From Octopus bimaculoides (Eukaryota): a DNA stretch of 64,000 nt. Within the stretch, counting starts at the first letter, position 1. Each line of letters starts with the position of its first letter. Below the pieces are notes generated by a model that made no database searches, was not told the DNA's origin, and saw only the letters and a list, made by a program, of their open reading frames with translations. A program made the position numbers and the translations under genes. The stretch lies in contig NC_068983.1 of assembly GCF_001194135.2 (NCBI RefSeq), forward strand, positions 107,905,490 through 107,969,489. The letters run 5' to 3'. Below, in pieces: positions 1 through 13,757 of this stretch.

Positions 1-599
1 AAATGTGGCAAGAAACCACAATGATGATTAACAATAAAAATAGGTCTAAATATCTGATATTTAGAAAAATATTGTATGTTATAGAAAATTTTAAATTCCT
101 AAATTTCATTAATTTTCAAAAATTATAAAATATTCGTGAATGTTAATCCAATAAAAAAAGAATCCAAAAAAAGATTTTCCAATCAAAGAATGAAGTAGAT
201 TCTATTGCATAATGATAATTTTTTATACTTCTAGTTTGATAATTTCAGATTATGACTACGTATCACAGTGAATATTTATTGCTTATGTAATACAACTACA
301 GCTCCCTGTCTTTACTAGAGTGACAGTTAGTACATCAATTAGTAAACCAAACAACTTGAGCGTTATGATTTCAAAACAAAAATGACAAGAAAATGAGTGT
401 AAAATTATAGTTAGGTTTTTGATGTTGTTGAGACACTTATACATTGCAATATACAACCTGTTACTTAATTAGAAAACAAAAAAAAAATGTTTATGAACCA
501 GTCACTAAGTAAAATAAGAAAAAAGCAAAACAAAAGAAAACTATTTCAAAATTTAGGAACACTGATTTTAATTCAAACAAAAAAGAAAATATTTGTTTT

Positions 600-935
600 T
601 CGAAAGGATAGATAAGGAAAACGTCCATCAAGGCTGTCAGTCTATAGTCTGGAAATTTACTGTGAACCTTACAGTGTCTCAGATCTTGATCATCTGTCCC
701 ACACTTTACATTAACCTTCTCTTGGTCACTAGTCATTCTCTTAAATGCCTGCTTAACTTTCAGCTTACACTTACTTCATGTGCTGTAATAATACCTTTCA
801 TGAAGTCAGAACCTCTTTCATGAACCAAATCTATGATATCCAACAAGTGAAACTTGTTGACAAGAGTTTTATTCTGAGGCACCAACATATATCAGACGTG
901 TTTCACCCCTGTCATATTTATTTTACTATAACTAC
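600..935 (-). pseudogene. Possible highly decayed mariner-like transposase fragment
   Basis: Interrupted frames read GSYSKINMTGVKHV*YMLVPQNKTLVNK...GSDFMKGIITAHE and ...VHSKFPD, loosely resembling mariner LGMRKV..WVP and DFLKRIITGDE motifs. Similarity judged by eye only. Confidence 0.3.
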
Positions 936-937
936 CT

Positions 938-969
938 CTATTCCTTTGAACTTTTCATCACAAAACCTA
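938..969 (-). CDS. Candidate terminal coding exon start (VGFVMKSSKE-stop), tentative
   Basis: Tandem acceptor tgtttcag|tag| continues the phase-1 frame from exon K to a TAG at 938-940. The polypyrimidine tract is weak, and the gene may instead continue beyond the window start. Confidence 0.2.
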
Positions 970-1462
970 CTGAAACATTTCTAGACATTTATATAATAAA
1001 CACTTTAATAAACATAATACATTTTACCTTTAACTATATTTCTACACACAACCCTTTTCCCCTCTTTTGCATTACTACAACAGGAGAGCTTGAAAATGTA
1101 GGTAGGCACATTAATTTAAATAATGAAATTCTTTTCAATAACAGAAACTAATATTCAATTAATATTGGTTTCTAATATTGACATAAAGTCTCAAAATTTT
1201 GGTAAAATTAAAGTAAATATACAACCTCTAAAACTTTAGAGGTTCTTATTAACCACTGGGAGGATAAAAAGCAAAATATCATCCTGTGGGATTTGAATTC
1301 AAAATGTAAATGGATATAACTAAATACTTCAAGGCATTTTGTTCATTACTCTACCTATATTACTAATCTTCAAATTACCAAGTAATTTTAGGGTGGGGAA
1401 TAGAATAGAGAGTCAGGACAGTAAGTGTGGAAAGTTAGGAAGTAAAATGTACAGCAAATTAC

Positions 1463-1585
1463 CTTTGATTTTCATCATCCAATTTTTTAAGACTGGTTGC
1501 CAGAACAACTTTACTTCAAGGCTACTGCTATTCAACAAGGCATTAGGAAAATCATGTTGATAATGCTTTAATATTGAGCTGTTTG
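1463..1585 (-). CDS. Coding exon K (not in the ORF track)
   Basis: Acceptor ttactctctctttatag|CA and donor AAG|GTAATT; 123 nt, phase 1-1, after a 172-nt intron. Translates (A)NSSILKHYQHDFPNALLNSSSLEVKLFWQPVLKNWMMKIK. Confidence 0.8.
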
Positions 1586-1757
1586 CTATAAAGAGAGAGT
1601 AAGAACAATGTATGAGTGTTTATTCTACTTGGTTCATTGCTTAAATGTAAAATTCAAATAGTACATTACAATATAAATATATAATTCCATACAAATTAAA
1701 GCAAATGTTTAAGTATCAGTAATTTAAAAATTAAATCAACTAAAATATTTTACTTAC

Positions 1758-2339
1758 CACTGATAAGTAATTTTATTTGTGGTGTTTCTTTGGTGTTTGA
1801 TATGTGATAATGGAACCGTCCATCAAAGACAGACTTATGGGCATTAACTGAATCACCATGATCAACAAATAGCAATTGCGCAGGATATATTTTCGAAGAA
1901 TTTTTACCACAACCACCGTTATGCCAAGTCATAGAGCTATATTCGAATGGCTTTGAAAACTGGGCATCAGTGGAGAAGATGTTTTCTGTTGGATTATTTA
2001 TATCAAATTTTCGGTCAAAATCCTGAGCTTGCTTCAGTGAATGAAGAGAAAAATCAGCTCTACTGTGATCTTTTACAAGTATCGCTTGCTCCCGTACAGG
2101 TAGCTGTGAAGAATGTTCAACAGATATAAAGTCAACAGTAACTAAACTGTGATGGTGGAAACCAGTAGATTCTGCTAAAACTGTTCGATGTTTTTCTTTA
2201 AATTGATACCCCACTTGGGGGATGTCAACACTATAATTTATGCTGTACAGTTTTGTCGGCTTTTTATATTGTAAGTGGCAGAAGAACTGACTCGATATAG
2301 AGTTAAACATTGGCCGTAATGTGAACACATAGGCATCAC
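1758..2339 (-). CDS. Coding exon J (largest exon)
   Basis: Acceptor gcttcctttggtag|GT and donor G|GTAAGT; 582 nt, phase 1-1. Translates (S)DAYVFTLRPMFNSISSQFFCHLQY...ETPQIKLLIS; a long open frame with raised GC in AT-rich flanks. Confidence 0.9.
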
Positions 2340-5300
2340 CTACCAAAGGAAGCAAATATCAATTATAAAGGTCACATAATGAAAATATAAGCAAGAAAGA
2401 GATATTCACATAAATTGTTCTGAGAAAAAAGCATTAATTATACTTAAATCTTTTTATTTACATCTTTTGTTTTTTACAGAGAAAAGTTGACATATAAAAT
2501 AATTATAAGAGATAAGTTAGAAATATATAATTTCAATTAGAATTGTACGCACCTAATATTATTGCAAATGCTTGAGTGTCAGCTGAGGTGTCTCAGAGAA
2601 TAACAAAACTAGAAAGTACCTAATATTGTTTATACCAATAACTAAGAAGATAATAATACAAAATCGTTTTGCAAAGAAGAGAAGACATGAGACCCCCTCC
2701 CCTGGAAAAAACAGTGATGGCAGCCTGTATAGGAGAGCAGTAATTTTGAATAATAAAAAAAATCTAATTAAAAAATAAAGAGCCTCTCTTTGTCTGTATA
2801 ACTGTCTTTCTTTCTATACTTGGCACAGAAAACCTCTTTAATGATGATGGCATGATAACATACACCCAATGCATGTTGTGAAGTGGATGGCAAGAACAAT
2901 GCTATCCAGCCATGAAAAGGAGAAAAAAAAAATGTGACAACACAACTACAAAGATTGGTGTTTTTCTCAGTTGGCATGTCTGTGCTAGATGACAACAAGT
3001 AGTGAAACACTGCTGGAACAGACATATGCAATCAATGTCAGCATGAAAAAAAAAAACAGGCATAAGATGACTGTGATGATATATACTGAACAAGTGAGCC
3101 ATGGATCATATAAAAATGTAAAATCAGTTATACATGATACAAGATACAATAGAAATACATTTACACACTTCAATAGCTAACATTTTCGTTTTTTAATATT
3201 GATGGTTCCACATAAGTAGAGCAAAATATGTTCAAACATATAGAGAAAAGAATTCTAATTTATTAACTTATTGTTTAATACTGGGTCAAAGAATTCTTCC
3301 TGTTACATAACAGAATAAGATGTGAATGAGGTACACACTGAATATAGTTCTATTTGATACAGAAATGAATATATATATATATATATGCTTATAAATAAAT
3401 ATAGATATGAATTCTGTATAAAATCTGTCTAATAATGCTATAAAGTAAAACGTTTACATAGAAAATCAACTCACAGATTCATTCATCTCATCAATATGGG
3501 GAAGAGAAATGATGATATGAGTATCTAAATAGTTTGATAATGTAGAAAAAAGCATTACAATTTCTTGCGTTAAAGTGCTAATTTTATCAAAAAATTTTCT
3601 TACTTGTTGCACATTCAACTGGACTGGGAGGGCAAAGTGAGTCATATGATTTACGACATGAGTAAGTTCTGTAGCATGGAATTTGACAACAAGAATTTTC
3701 ACCACGCAGAGGACCTGCAATAGGGGAATAAATATCTGGTTTTCATGTGGCAGTAAAAAGTCAGAAACAATGTAATGAATACGTCTGTCTTCAATATAGT
3801 TGTAATACATTGAAGTAAAGCATAGTGGACAAAGATCAGGAAGAAATTTGTAAGAGTGACATAGAAAAAAAAATGTTAAAATAGTAAAAAAATTTCTTCG
3901 TTAAATGAAGTATAGAGCAAAATCCATTGATATAGGTATTGAACTGGTATTTGCATATGCATTCAAGTGAGTTTTGAAAATACATTCTGCAAGGAATATA
4001 TGTATCTACATTTATATACATACACAAGAAAACATACATATTTCCATTCACAAATACATACACATAATGATAATCAAACACACTAACACACTTGTACATA
4101 TATGAGTGTATTTACACAATTATATATGGACAACAAACATATACATATTCATATCATTTTCTTTTTATAAACACTACATACACTGTGATATAGAGATAAT
4201 ATTATCAATATTTAGATTTTCATTGCTGTTATTGATCCGTTTGAAGAGTCAACATTACTGGGCCAAAAGGTGTTGACAAGAAGAATTTTGAAAGCAAAAT
4301 TTGGATCAGATGACATACTAAATAACTGTTGTGGAGATGGTTTTTATTGTTGTTTATAATAAGAGTAATTCTAAGAGTGAGAAGATTTCATACATGCAGA
4401 TTTTTGATTTATATTTAACAATAAAATTTGTGGAGATTCTGGCATTTGGATCTGCATATGCTATCTTAATTCTCATTTCTACAGATGGAATGCAACCACT
4501 TGAAAAACATGCAGGTAAAGCACTTTACAGCCTTAGTGTTTTAGTCAGTGCCAGCATTTACTTAGAGCCAATCCAATTTTAAGAGATAGTTACTAAATTT
4601 TGAGTGTGTGCGTGTGAGAGAGAGGGGGGGGGAAGAGTCTTTTGAAAAATACATTTTTACATTGATAGTTCAAGACACAGGATAGTTGAAACTGTTCAAC
4701 TTCTGTGATAATATTTATGCTAAATTGAATAATACCAAGATGTGTACAGAAATCCAGGTCTCTGGAGGTTACTAATTGAATTTAGCTTATCATCCTCCTA
4801 TGCCATGTCTTCTTGTCCGAGGAAAAGTGATCAGGAAGATGTTAAATATCTAAATTTTGCTGGTGGCCACAATAGTAAATCCACATCGTCATTGAAATGA
4901 AGTAGAAAGAGAAATAATTCACCATTAAAATGCTAGCCTTAAGACTGCTGACCCTCACTACAACTGATATAATTGTGTTTAATTTTAACAAGCAGGAAGC
5001 ATATTAGTTTAGATTAACCATGTGGGTGTCAACAAATACCAGTAGTCAAATTGGTATTGATGGAATATCAGCAACTATTATGAAGTGTTTATTCAAATTT
5101 TTAGTTGATAAAAAAACTTCCAAAATGAAAGGTCAAAAATTAAACATTTTGTGAAGCAGAAGCTAGCCAATATATATAAGTTAATTCATGTGTGTGTGTG
5201 TGTGCTAGAGGTTACAATATCTCATTGTGCAATCTATCATGATTAGAATCAAATAAAATGTTCAAAATCTTGCTGATAAATCAACTTAAAAGTAATTTTT

Positions 5301-5689
5301 AACAACAATAATAACCAAGTATCAATGAATAAATTATGAGTAAAAATAAAAAAGCTCATATGATTCGTAAATGATTTGATGATTTCCATATAAAAAGAAA
5401 GCTTTCGTTCTACCCACAATTGAAGAGAACCAATAGTGACAGAACAGTAAAAAGGTCTTTCAAAAGAAATCTTAGATCTTTGATATCTTAAACCAATGAT
5501 ATTAAGGTCAAAAGGAATAGATGAACTCTTAGATAGAATGGGGGCTAAATGTTATGGGTGTGAAGACAGTAGCATTGATTTTTAGCTCTGGAACTAAATA
5601 GCTACACGATCAGTTGTGTAGTTAAGTTTGTTACTCTAATTAAGGAAATGTGCAATGTCATGATTAAGCCAGAGTGGCAATAAGTGGAC

Positions 5690-6675
5690 ATCATCATCAT
5701 TTAATGTCCACTGTCCATGCTGGCATGGGATGGACAGTTTGAACAGGGCTGGCAAACTGGAAGGCTGCACCAGACTCCAGTCTGTTTTGGCATGGTTTCT
5801 ATGGCTGGATGCTCTTCCTAATGCCAACCAACCAGAGAGTATAATTAGTGCTTTTATGTGCCACCGGCACAGGTACCATTTGTATGACACTGGTATCTGC
5901 CACGAAAGCAGTTTTACTTGGCTTGATGGGTCTTCTTCTCAAGCATAACACAATGCCAAATGGGCTCTGTTATTGCCATTATGAGGCCCAATGCTCAACG
6001 CTTGGCATAATGCCAAATGGTCTTGGTCCTTGCCTCCATGAGGCCCAACGCTCGAAAGGTACTTTTATGTGCCACGGGCTCAGGTGCTATTTGTGTGACA
6101 CTGGTATCTGCCACGACTGATTTTCCTTGGTTTGATGGGTCTTCTTCTCAAGTGCAACATAATGCTAAAGGTCTTGGTCATTGCTTCTGTGAGGCCTAAC
6201 ATTGAAAAGGAGCTCAACCACTTTGCCTCTGTGAGGCTCAATGCTCGAGAGGTGCTTTTCACATGCCACCTGAATGGGTGCCAGCTACATGATACGAGCA
6301 TCAGCCATGACTGTGTTTTCACTTGGCTAGATGTGTCTTCTTAAGCACAGCATATTACCAAAGGTCTGGGTCACTAGTTATTGCCTCTGTGAGGCCCAAA
6401 GTTCGGAGATCATGCTTCACCACCTCATCCCATGTTTTCGTGGGTCTACCTCTACCACAGGAACTTTACCACAGTTAGGGATCAGCACTTCTTTACACAG
6501 CTGTCTTTGTCCATATGCATCACATGATCATACCAGCACAGTCGTCTCTCTTGCACACCACATCTGTGCCTCTTATGCCTAACTTTTCTCTCAAGATGCT
6601 TACACTCTGTTGAACATGCACATTGACATTGCACATCCAGCGAAGCATACTGGCTTCATTTCTTTCAATTGCTCT
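5690..6675 (-). mobile_element. 5'-truncated RTE-clade LINE with duplicated 3' region and (GAT)n tail
   Basis: Minus translation NEASMLRWMCNVNVHVQQSVSILREKLG..RCGVQERRLCWYDHVMHM..CGRGRPTKTWDEVVKHDLRTLGLTEA matches the RTE ORF C-terminus (R.RW.GHV.RM, GRP.KTW). Ends in a (GAT)n tail at about 5690-5700. Confidence 0.85.
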
Positions 6676-8229
6676 AAAATGTAAAGTAGATCTGTTTCCC
6701 TAGATTTACTGTTTTCAAGCAAAAATATATGCTGTAAATAAGTTAATTCTCAAAAAAAGAAAAAAAAAAAACATAAATCAAGCTGTACTGTGTTGAAATG
6801 AATTAATTTAAGATACAAAAAATATTAGTGTACTCGTAAAATTTTTTTTTTGAAACATTTGACCAGAAAGAAAATTGAATGTAGAATCACTGATAAAATT
6901 TCTATTTAATAAATGACTTCCACTTCAGAAACTTCTTTAACCAACTTGGCTTTTGTTAAAATATACTGAAAGACAAACAATAAGTTGGATACCAAGAAAG
7001 TAGATTTTTGTGTATGATGAACTTCAATTACTGCCATCATGTTAATACAGTTTAATATAATCTATTCCAAAAAATATTTATCAGTTTTTTGGACTTTTTC
7101 TATGATTAATTTTTTTTTTATAGAAAAGATTAAAACAATGTATGCATTCTTCAAAAATTTAGAAATGTTTCTTAATCATGTAATATTAAGAAATAAGTGA
7201 AAGCTAACTTGCACAATAATTTTTGTAAACTGAAATCTTAAATTGTTATGTCAAATTAAGAAAGTGGATGTTTTCATTCAGTGATTTGTAAATTAAGTAT
7301 GTCTAAAATTAGAAACTCTACTTTGATTTAAGTACATCAGTTATGCAGTTATAGAGAAGTTGATTTATAAACAGATACAATCTGATCTTGTTCAGAGAAA
7401 GAATTAACTATCTTTTATTATTTTTAACAACAGCTGATTTATCACAAAAATGAGGCTTGATTACATCTCTAGAAATTCAAATCTCTCATATACAGAGTGA
7501 ACTTTGAAATAAAAGGTGCTGTATGTAATTTTTCAGAGCAGTAAATATGCCAGTAACTCTCAGTGAAAGCTAACAAAATATAGACAATTGGGAAAGACAG
7601 AATTATACGACCATTTGAATAGGTATAATTTTCAACTGCATGTGCAGTTTGTTACTTGTAGTTTGCCTTATTTGCATAATTCTGACATTATATGTAATAT
7701 ATTGTACCATTAATATTGACTTCTGAAGTGATTTCCACACGAGAGTTGAAGATAGTTAATGTAAAAATCTATGATGGATACTATAACGTATAAATTCATA
7801 TTATCATGATTCTCTTAAAAGGAATAACAATGGAATGATATATATTTCAGATTTTCATTTTCTAAACAGAAATTTGTGTTTTGAACAAAGCAGAGATTGG
7901 TAGAGGTACAATTATTGAAAGCAATTGTTCTCCATAATGGTTCATAATCTATATTGGACATTGAATAACTAAACCTATATCTGACACAAAAACATATGGT
8001 CTCATTTGCATTATACTTTAATCTAAAGGATCCTCAAAAACTCAATAATAACAATTTTATAACATTGATCAACAGTTAGATCTAGAATACTAGTTAGATA
8101 AAATGTCATTAACGTTGGATATAATATCTATTTTAGACTTTATGGGAGCATTATGAATTTGAGATGTAAAAAATGAAAAATGACAGGAAAGCATTAAAAA
8201 ATGAAAACGAAAAGTGGAAGATTACTTAC

Positions 8230-8416
8230 TGGAATTTCTGCAGCCTCGTTGAATGCAGGAGAGGCAACTCTTTGTGAAATTTTCACATTCCCTTGATCGG
8301 AACATTAATTCAGTAACATTTGCTGTCTTCATTCCAAATATAGCTGTTAAGAGTGGGGATTCATCTAAACAAACAATGCTATTGGCAGCCGGGGAGAGTG
8401 CCTTCAAACGTTTACC
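8230..8416 (-). CDS. Coding exon I
   Basis: Acceptor gttattttcttag|GG and donor A|GTAAGT; 187 nt, phase 0 to 1. Translates GKRLKALSPAANSIVCLDESPLLTAIFGMKTANVTELMFRSRECENFTKSCLSCIQRGCRNS. Confidence 0.88.
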
Positions 8417-8758
8417 CTAAGAAAATAACATAACATATTAAAGCAGTTGAGGCAAGATGATGCATAAAAAGCGTTTTTAAAATTTATATAAATGCATTAC
8501 TACAATATTGAGTATCTATGAACCATCATAGAAGAACTGGGTCAATAGTAGTAATCTATCAAAACATCATTAAGAATGACAGAACTATGCAAGGAGTCAT
8601 TATGTAATCAAACTGTTGCATTATAAAGAAGTCTGACACAAATTCAAGGTGATCAGCTGAAGCCTGTGTCTAATTTATTGATGTGATTAGCTTCAGGTAT
8701 AAGGTATAGAAAAATTGTTACCAAGGATATCATGTCAGTGCTTAAGAGAATTTTACCA

Positions 8759-8990
8759 CAAGCATAGCTAAAGGGGTGTGGCACCACTTTTGGGTCTGCT
8801 GTAGGCTTTAAGCCTGTATAGTCTGTATTGAAATCAAATAATTGTGTGGTTTAAATGTTGGGACACAGACACTACTAACTGTTACATGCAACAATCAATA
8901 TAGTCACTGTGCAATATGTATGTTTCGTGGGGGCTTGGAGGAGGAAATATGAAGGGCCGCCCCAGGTGACACACTCTAGTTACACCACTA
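8759..8990. mobile_element. Possible old MITE
   Basis: Ends agcatagctaaagggg and ctctagttacaccact are a degenerate inverted pair; the interior is GC-richer than the flanks. Confidence 0.3.
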
Positions 8991-11467
8991 AATTTAACAA
9001 ACGTATGTCTGCTGAAGGTTACCCTGCAATTACTAACAACATGTAAATTTCTCTGTCTTTAGGAACATGTACAAAAGCACATATCTTAAGCAATTTGAAT
9101 TCAAGAATACTTCTGTAATGTATCAATCCCCTTATTGATAAATAGTAATTGTGATACTTAGTTAATGTAATGGTTAAAATGTTTGCCTATCAACAAAAGG
9201 AGTGTAATTAAGTTGCTTTTACTTTCAGAAGACTGTTTACAAATGACATGATGATGATTTCTCTATCTCTTTCACACACACAGTCACACAAACAAAACTT
9301 AACCTGCAAAAGCCAGAGCCTACAAAAGAATCTATAAAAATAAAGACAATCTGGAAAAACAACAATACTAAACCTTTGCTGGCAATAATAACCAAGAAAG
9401 ATAAAAGCAAAACAGAGTTTATTATGAGGATGATATTAATGACAATATCAAAGATAATGATAAATCTTTTTGAAGAATTTTGAGTTTTATCTATGCTTTT
9501 ACAACTTAAAACAGTATTACATTTAATATATCAAATTAATGTGTTGAAAACAAAATGACTGTAACATGATTTATAATACTGAACAGTTAAACCAACACTG
9601 ATAATTATTGATTTTTCCAATAACACACTTTTCACTTTAATGAAAGCCAGTAAATGAAAGAATAATTTCAACAGAACACATTTAGTCCAAATAAAACAGG
9701 TTCACATCTTGCATTGACTACAAGCATTAACAATTGAAACTACTAGATCATTGTTCTGGACTACAACTTTAAAGTCATTGTATTAAACCATTTCACTGAA
9801 GCCCAAGGTTCAAGAACATTACTTCATTATGACAGTCTAATGGCCAATAGAAAACCTTTTAGTTGGTATAGTTGTAATAAAAAGGTAAAACCATTTGATG
9901 GATTTAAATTAACTTTTGAACCACGCACACACTGGCATTATGCTTTTAAAAATAAGTTCAATGAATTGATATGATACTAGTGATGTGCATGTGTGTTGTT
10001 ACTTTGAAATGAAGACTAAAAGACAAACAGTATAGAAATTATTGAGAAACAGAACACAGTAAATGTAAGAAGTGAGTGAAAAAGCTACAATTTATAGCAT
10101 TAAGATCTTGCAGAAATCCATATATTCTTAAAATTTATTAAAACAGATAACCAGGTTTTAACATATATAATGCAGCACTGTATTCAGCTGATATAAAGCA
10201 GAAAAAGTAGCAATGAAAATTACCAACACAAGTCATACAGTACAAAGATACTTTTTGAAAGCTATGATTTGAGAGAATAAGTAAAATTATGAATTATAAT
10301 AATAAGCTATGTCTGTCTGCTGAGTTATTGGCTGAAATCTGTCAGATTCAATGGAAATGTATCTTAAGATTTAAAGCTTACATTATTGTCAGTTTGTTAA
10401 TGAAATACCAAATATAGTTACTGAAGAATGTACATTAACAAAGATAGAGTGAAGAGATTATGTGGAGATAAACAATATAACTGGAATGAGTAGTTACAAA
10501 AGGAGAAAGAGGGTATTTTGGAAAAGAAAATATATATACATATCAAAAGTGACTAAAAAAGACCATAGGAGATAGGAGTGCAAAAGTAAAGAATAAAGTA
10601 TAATTTTAAATTATGAATAGTTGATTAAAGAAATGTTGCTTAATATGTTAATTATATATTTCATCTTCAGTGCAGAGCAATCTACTTACATTAGACAGAA
10701 TAGTTATAGTTGTAGGTGCAATGTATAATTCGCATCAGATAATATTACACTTTACAATTAATTCTTGGGGCAGGTAGTAACAGTACATGATGGCTTTCAC
10801 ATGTAATATCTTGATTTTTCTGATTCGAAAATATTGATTTGTCTTGCATAGGCAGCTTGTCTCTTTCAGAAGTAGTTCTAAATTAAATAAGTCTGCCTAT
10901 CTGGAGACCTGTGTCTTTGTTTAAACAGTAATCCTTTATTCATGGCTCTGTAATCATTGGTCAACTTTATGATGATCATAACTCTAAACAGACAACTTAT
11001 TCAAGCAATGTTGTTATAAAAATGAAACAATAATGAATCCCTAGAAATAGATTAATACAATACTAGGCAGTGGTTATAGTCATAGAGCCAGAGCAAGTAT
11101 ATATGGTTATATGTTGGCAGAGACTGAAACACTTCTATCTAAATTTATAACAAAGAGACTCCCTGTGTATCTTTGAAAGGTGTGGTACAGAATGATCATC
11201 TTGGAATCTATTAATTATAGTCTGGTGACTAATGAGGAAACAAGAGTAATTTTCAGCATTGAAATAAACCAATACTATTTATGAGCCACACACATTGGTG
11301 TAACTAACAATAAACTAAAAACTATAAAGACTGCTTAAAAGCATTGTTGGAATAATACACATGTTCTAAAAGAAAACATTATGTACATAAAAGAAAATAG
11401 TTTTGGACATAGAATTAATGATAGCATAGTGACTACAGTATGGTCTGAACGCTGTTAGTAATATACA

Positions 11468-11640
11468 TATCATCATCATCATTATCATTTAAAAGTTCAC
11501 TTCTCTATGCATTCATGGGTTGGGCAGAGTTTAATGAGGCAGATATTCTACAGCTGGATGCCTTTGCAGTTGCCAACCCTCAACTATTTCCAAACAAAGT
11601 GATATTTCCCCATGGCCAGAGATGTTGCCTGAGAATATTA
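11468..11640 (-). mobile_element. RTE-tail-type retroposon fragment with (GAT)n tail
   Basis: Shares ctacagctggatgcc and catgggttgg motifs and the (atc)n tail with the copies at 5690 and 22841. Confidence 0.6.
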
Positions 11641-11689
11641 GGGGACACTTAACACACACACACATTCATATTTATGTGTGTGTACTTTC

Positions 11690-11830
11690 AATTTCTGTCT
11701 ACCAAATCCACTCATACGGCTAAGGTCAAACTGGGGTGATAGTAGAAGGCACTTGCCCAAGGTATCATGGAACTGAACCTGAAACCATGTGGTTGGAAAG
11801 CAAACTTCTGACTACAAAACCATAGCTATG
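11690..11830 (-). mobile_element. SINE head fragment (same family as 25184)
   Basis: accaaatccactca...gaaggcacttgcccaagg...aaccatgtggttggaaagcaaacttct. Confidence 0.65.
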
Positions 11831-12259
11831 CCTAAATATTGTTAACATGTGTAATGCATCAGTCTGTCAAAAGGTTGATGAAATGTGGGCACATGCAGCA
11901 ACTCATGAATGATGAACTGTTTAAAATCATATTTGATGAATATTGTAATCCAGAATAGTAGAATGTAAGTGAGTTAAGAGAGTATCTTAGTCAAAGTAAA
12001 TAAATAGATAACCTTATGTGGATATATATATATATATATATAATGAAATTGAGTAATTCATGAATGTACATGCCAGCAAAGTCAAACAATTAGTGACCAG
12101 GGTGAAGAGAAGTGAGAAAAAAAAAACCAACAACAAAAAAATAAAACAAAACAGGCCAAATGAAAGGAAGAGAATTTGACATGCAATATGAATATAAAAG
12201 ATAACCAGACTGTAAAACAAATGTGGACACAAAATTTTCAAGATATGTCGAGCTATGTG

Positions 12260-12600
12260 ATATCATAGTCATGGCTTAGTGCTGGTAACATGTGAATAGC
12301 AACCATACCAGTGACATGTAAAAGTTAAGTGTACTGGTGACATATACAAGACACCCTTGCTGGTGATACATAAAAGGGTATCTATGCTGGTGACCTATAA
12401 AAGGCATCTGTGCTAGTGACATGTAAAAGGTACCCAGTATACTCAGTAGAGTGCTTGGTATCAGGAAGTGTATCCAACCACAGAAATCAAGCCAAAACAG
12501 ACTGGAGCCTGGTGCAGCTCTCCGGCTTATCATCTCCAAGCAAACTGTCTAACCCATGCCAGCATGGAAAACAGATGTATGATGATGAATATGATGAATA
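12260..12600 (+). mobile_element. RTE-tail-type retroposon copy with internal short tandem repeats
   Basis: About five degenerate gtgctggtgacatgtaaaagg units, then ...ggagcctggtgcagctctc...aacccatgccagcatggaaa and a gatgatgaa tail. Confidence 0.7.
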
Positions 12601-13579
12601 TAGAAGTAAAAGTAGAAACAAAAGTTGAGGGAAATGCATGTACTGAGAGGACAATTTGAAGAGATCTAATAATTCATATCTGCATAAAAGCAGATAAAGA
12701 ATTAATTTTAGTTTAAAGATGCTATTAGATTAAATGAAGTTTAATTGTAAAAACCTATTAAAATAATTGTGGTTTTGACTTAGTGAGGATTGGGATGATA
12801 TCACATCAGATATACAACTGTAAAAGCAACGCTAAAGCATTATTTTTACTTAATAAAAATTCTCAAGTCAAAAACTTTTCACAGGCCTCACCATTAAAAA
12901 ACTTCTTTTCAGAAAGATGTGAAGATATTGTCCAATATCAACAAAATTCTTCACCATTTCTTGGAAACAAGTGGTAATTGGTAACAGAAAAGGCATTTAA
13001 CAGTAGAAATCTTGTCTCAACAAATTTTATTTGACCCATGCAAACATTAAAAAGTGGACATTAAATGATGAGAACAGTGATGATTGTGTCAAAAGTACAA
13101 TGCTATTGCTGTTTAGCCCTGGGTTAGTCCTAATTAAGCAGACCTATGATGAAGGTGTTTCACTTAATGACAATCTATCATTTTACATATCAAAAATTGG
13201 TTTATCCAATGTATCTTTCCTTTTTCAGATGATAATGTGTGATGTCAATGAATTTGGCTGCTATTTCTAACATGTTAAGTGACTGTGTAGAAGCTCTCTC
13301 AGCATCTCACCAGAAACAAAATTGAATATAGTGGTGAATGAATCAATTTAATGACTTCTATCAAATAAGTAAATAATAAAGAAAACCCTTCAAACTATAT
13401 CGCAAAATGTATTGTTGTTGGTAACTAGTTTAGATTTACTGTTGTAAAGTAATGTAAATGTATTGATCATTACAGTCCTTAAAAAGATATCTGTTGTAGT
13501 GAATGGGACAGGGAATTTAATTACAGCACAGAAATAGTAACAAAATATGAGAGATTAGTAATAAACAAGTAATTTTTAC

Positions 13580-13757
13580 CTTTAATTTTGGACAAACATT
13601 ATTCGTAGATCGCTTGATATATTTCTGACCATCGCTATAAGACTTAGGACATTGTGGTACTGCAGGATTTTTGGAGTCACATATAACTACTGTAGCATTA
13701 GTACTTCGATTGGGATGAACTTCCAGAATCATATTATAATAATCTGGCAGCGGATGC
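13580..13757 (-). CDS. Coding exon H
   Basis: Acceptor ttcttttttttttaag|G and donor AAG|GTAAAA; 178 nt, phase 2 to 0. Translates (R)HPLPDYYNMILEVHPNRSTNATVVICDSKNPAVPQCPKSYSDGQKYIKRSTNNVCPKLK. Confidence 0.88.

Noticed and set aside
4805-4900. Short GC-richer coding-looking patch
   Set aside because: No splice sites compatible with the gene model and only short open frames; probably a decayed repeat that I cannot classify.
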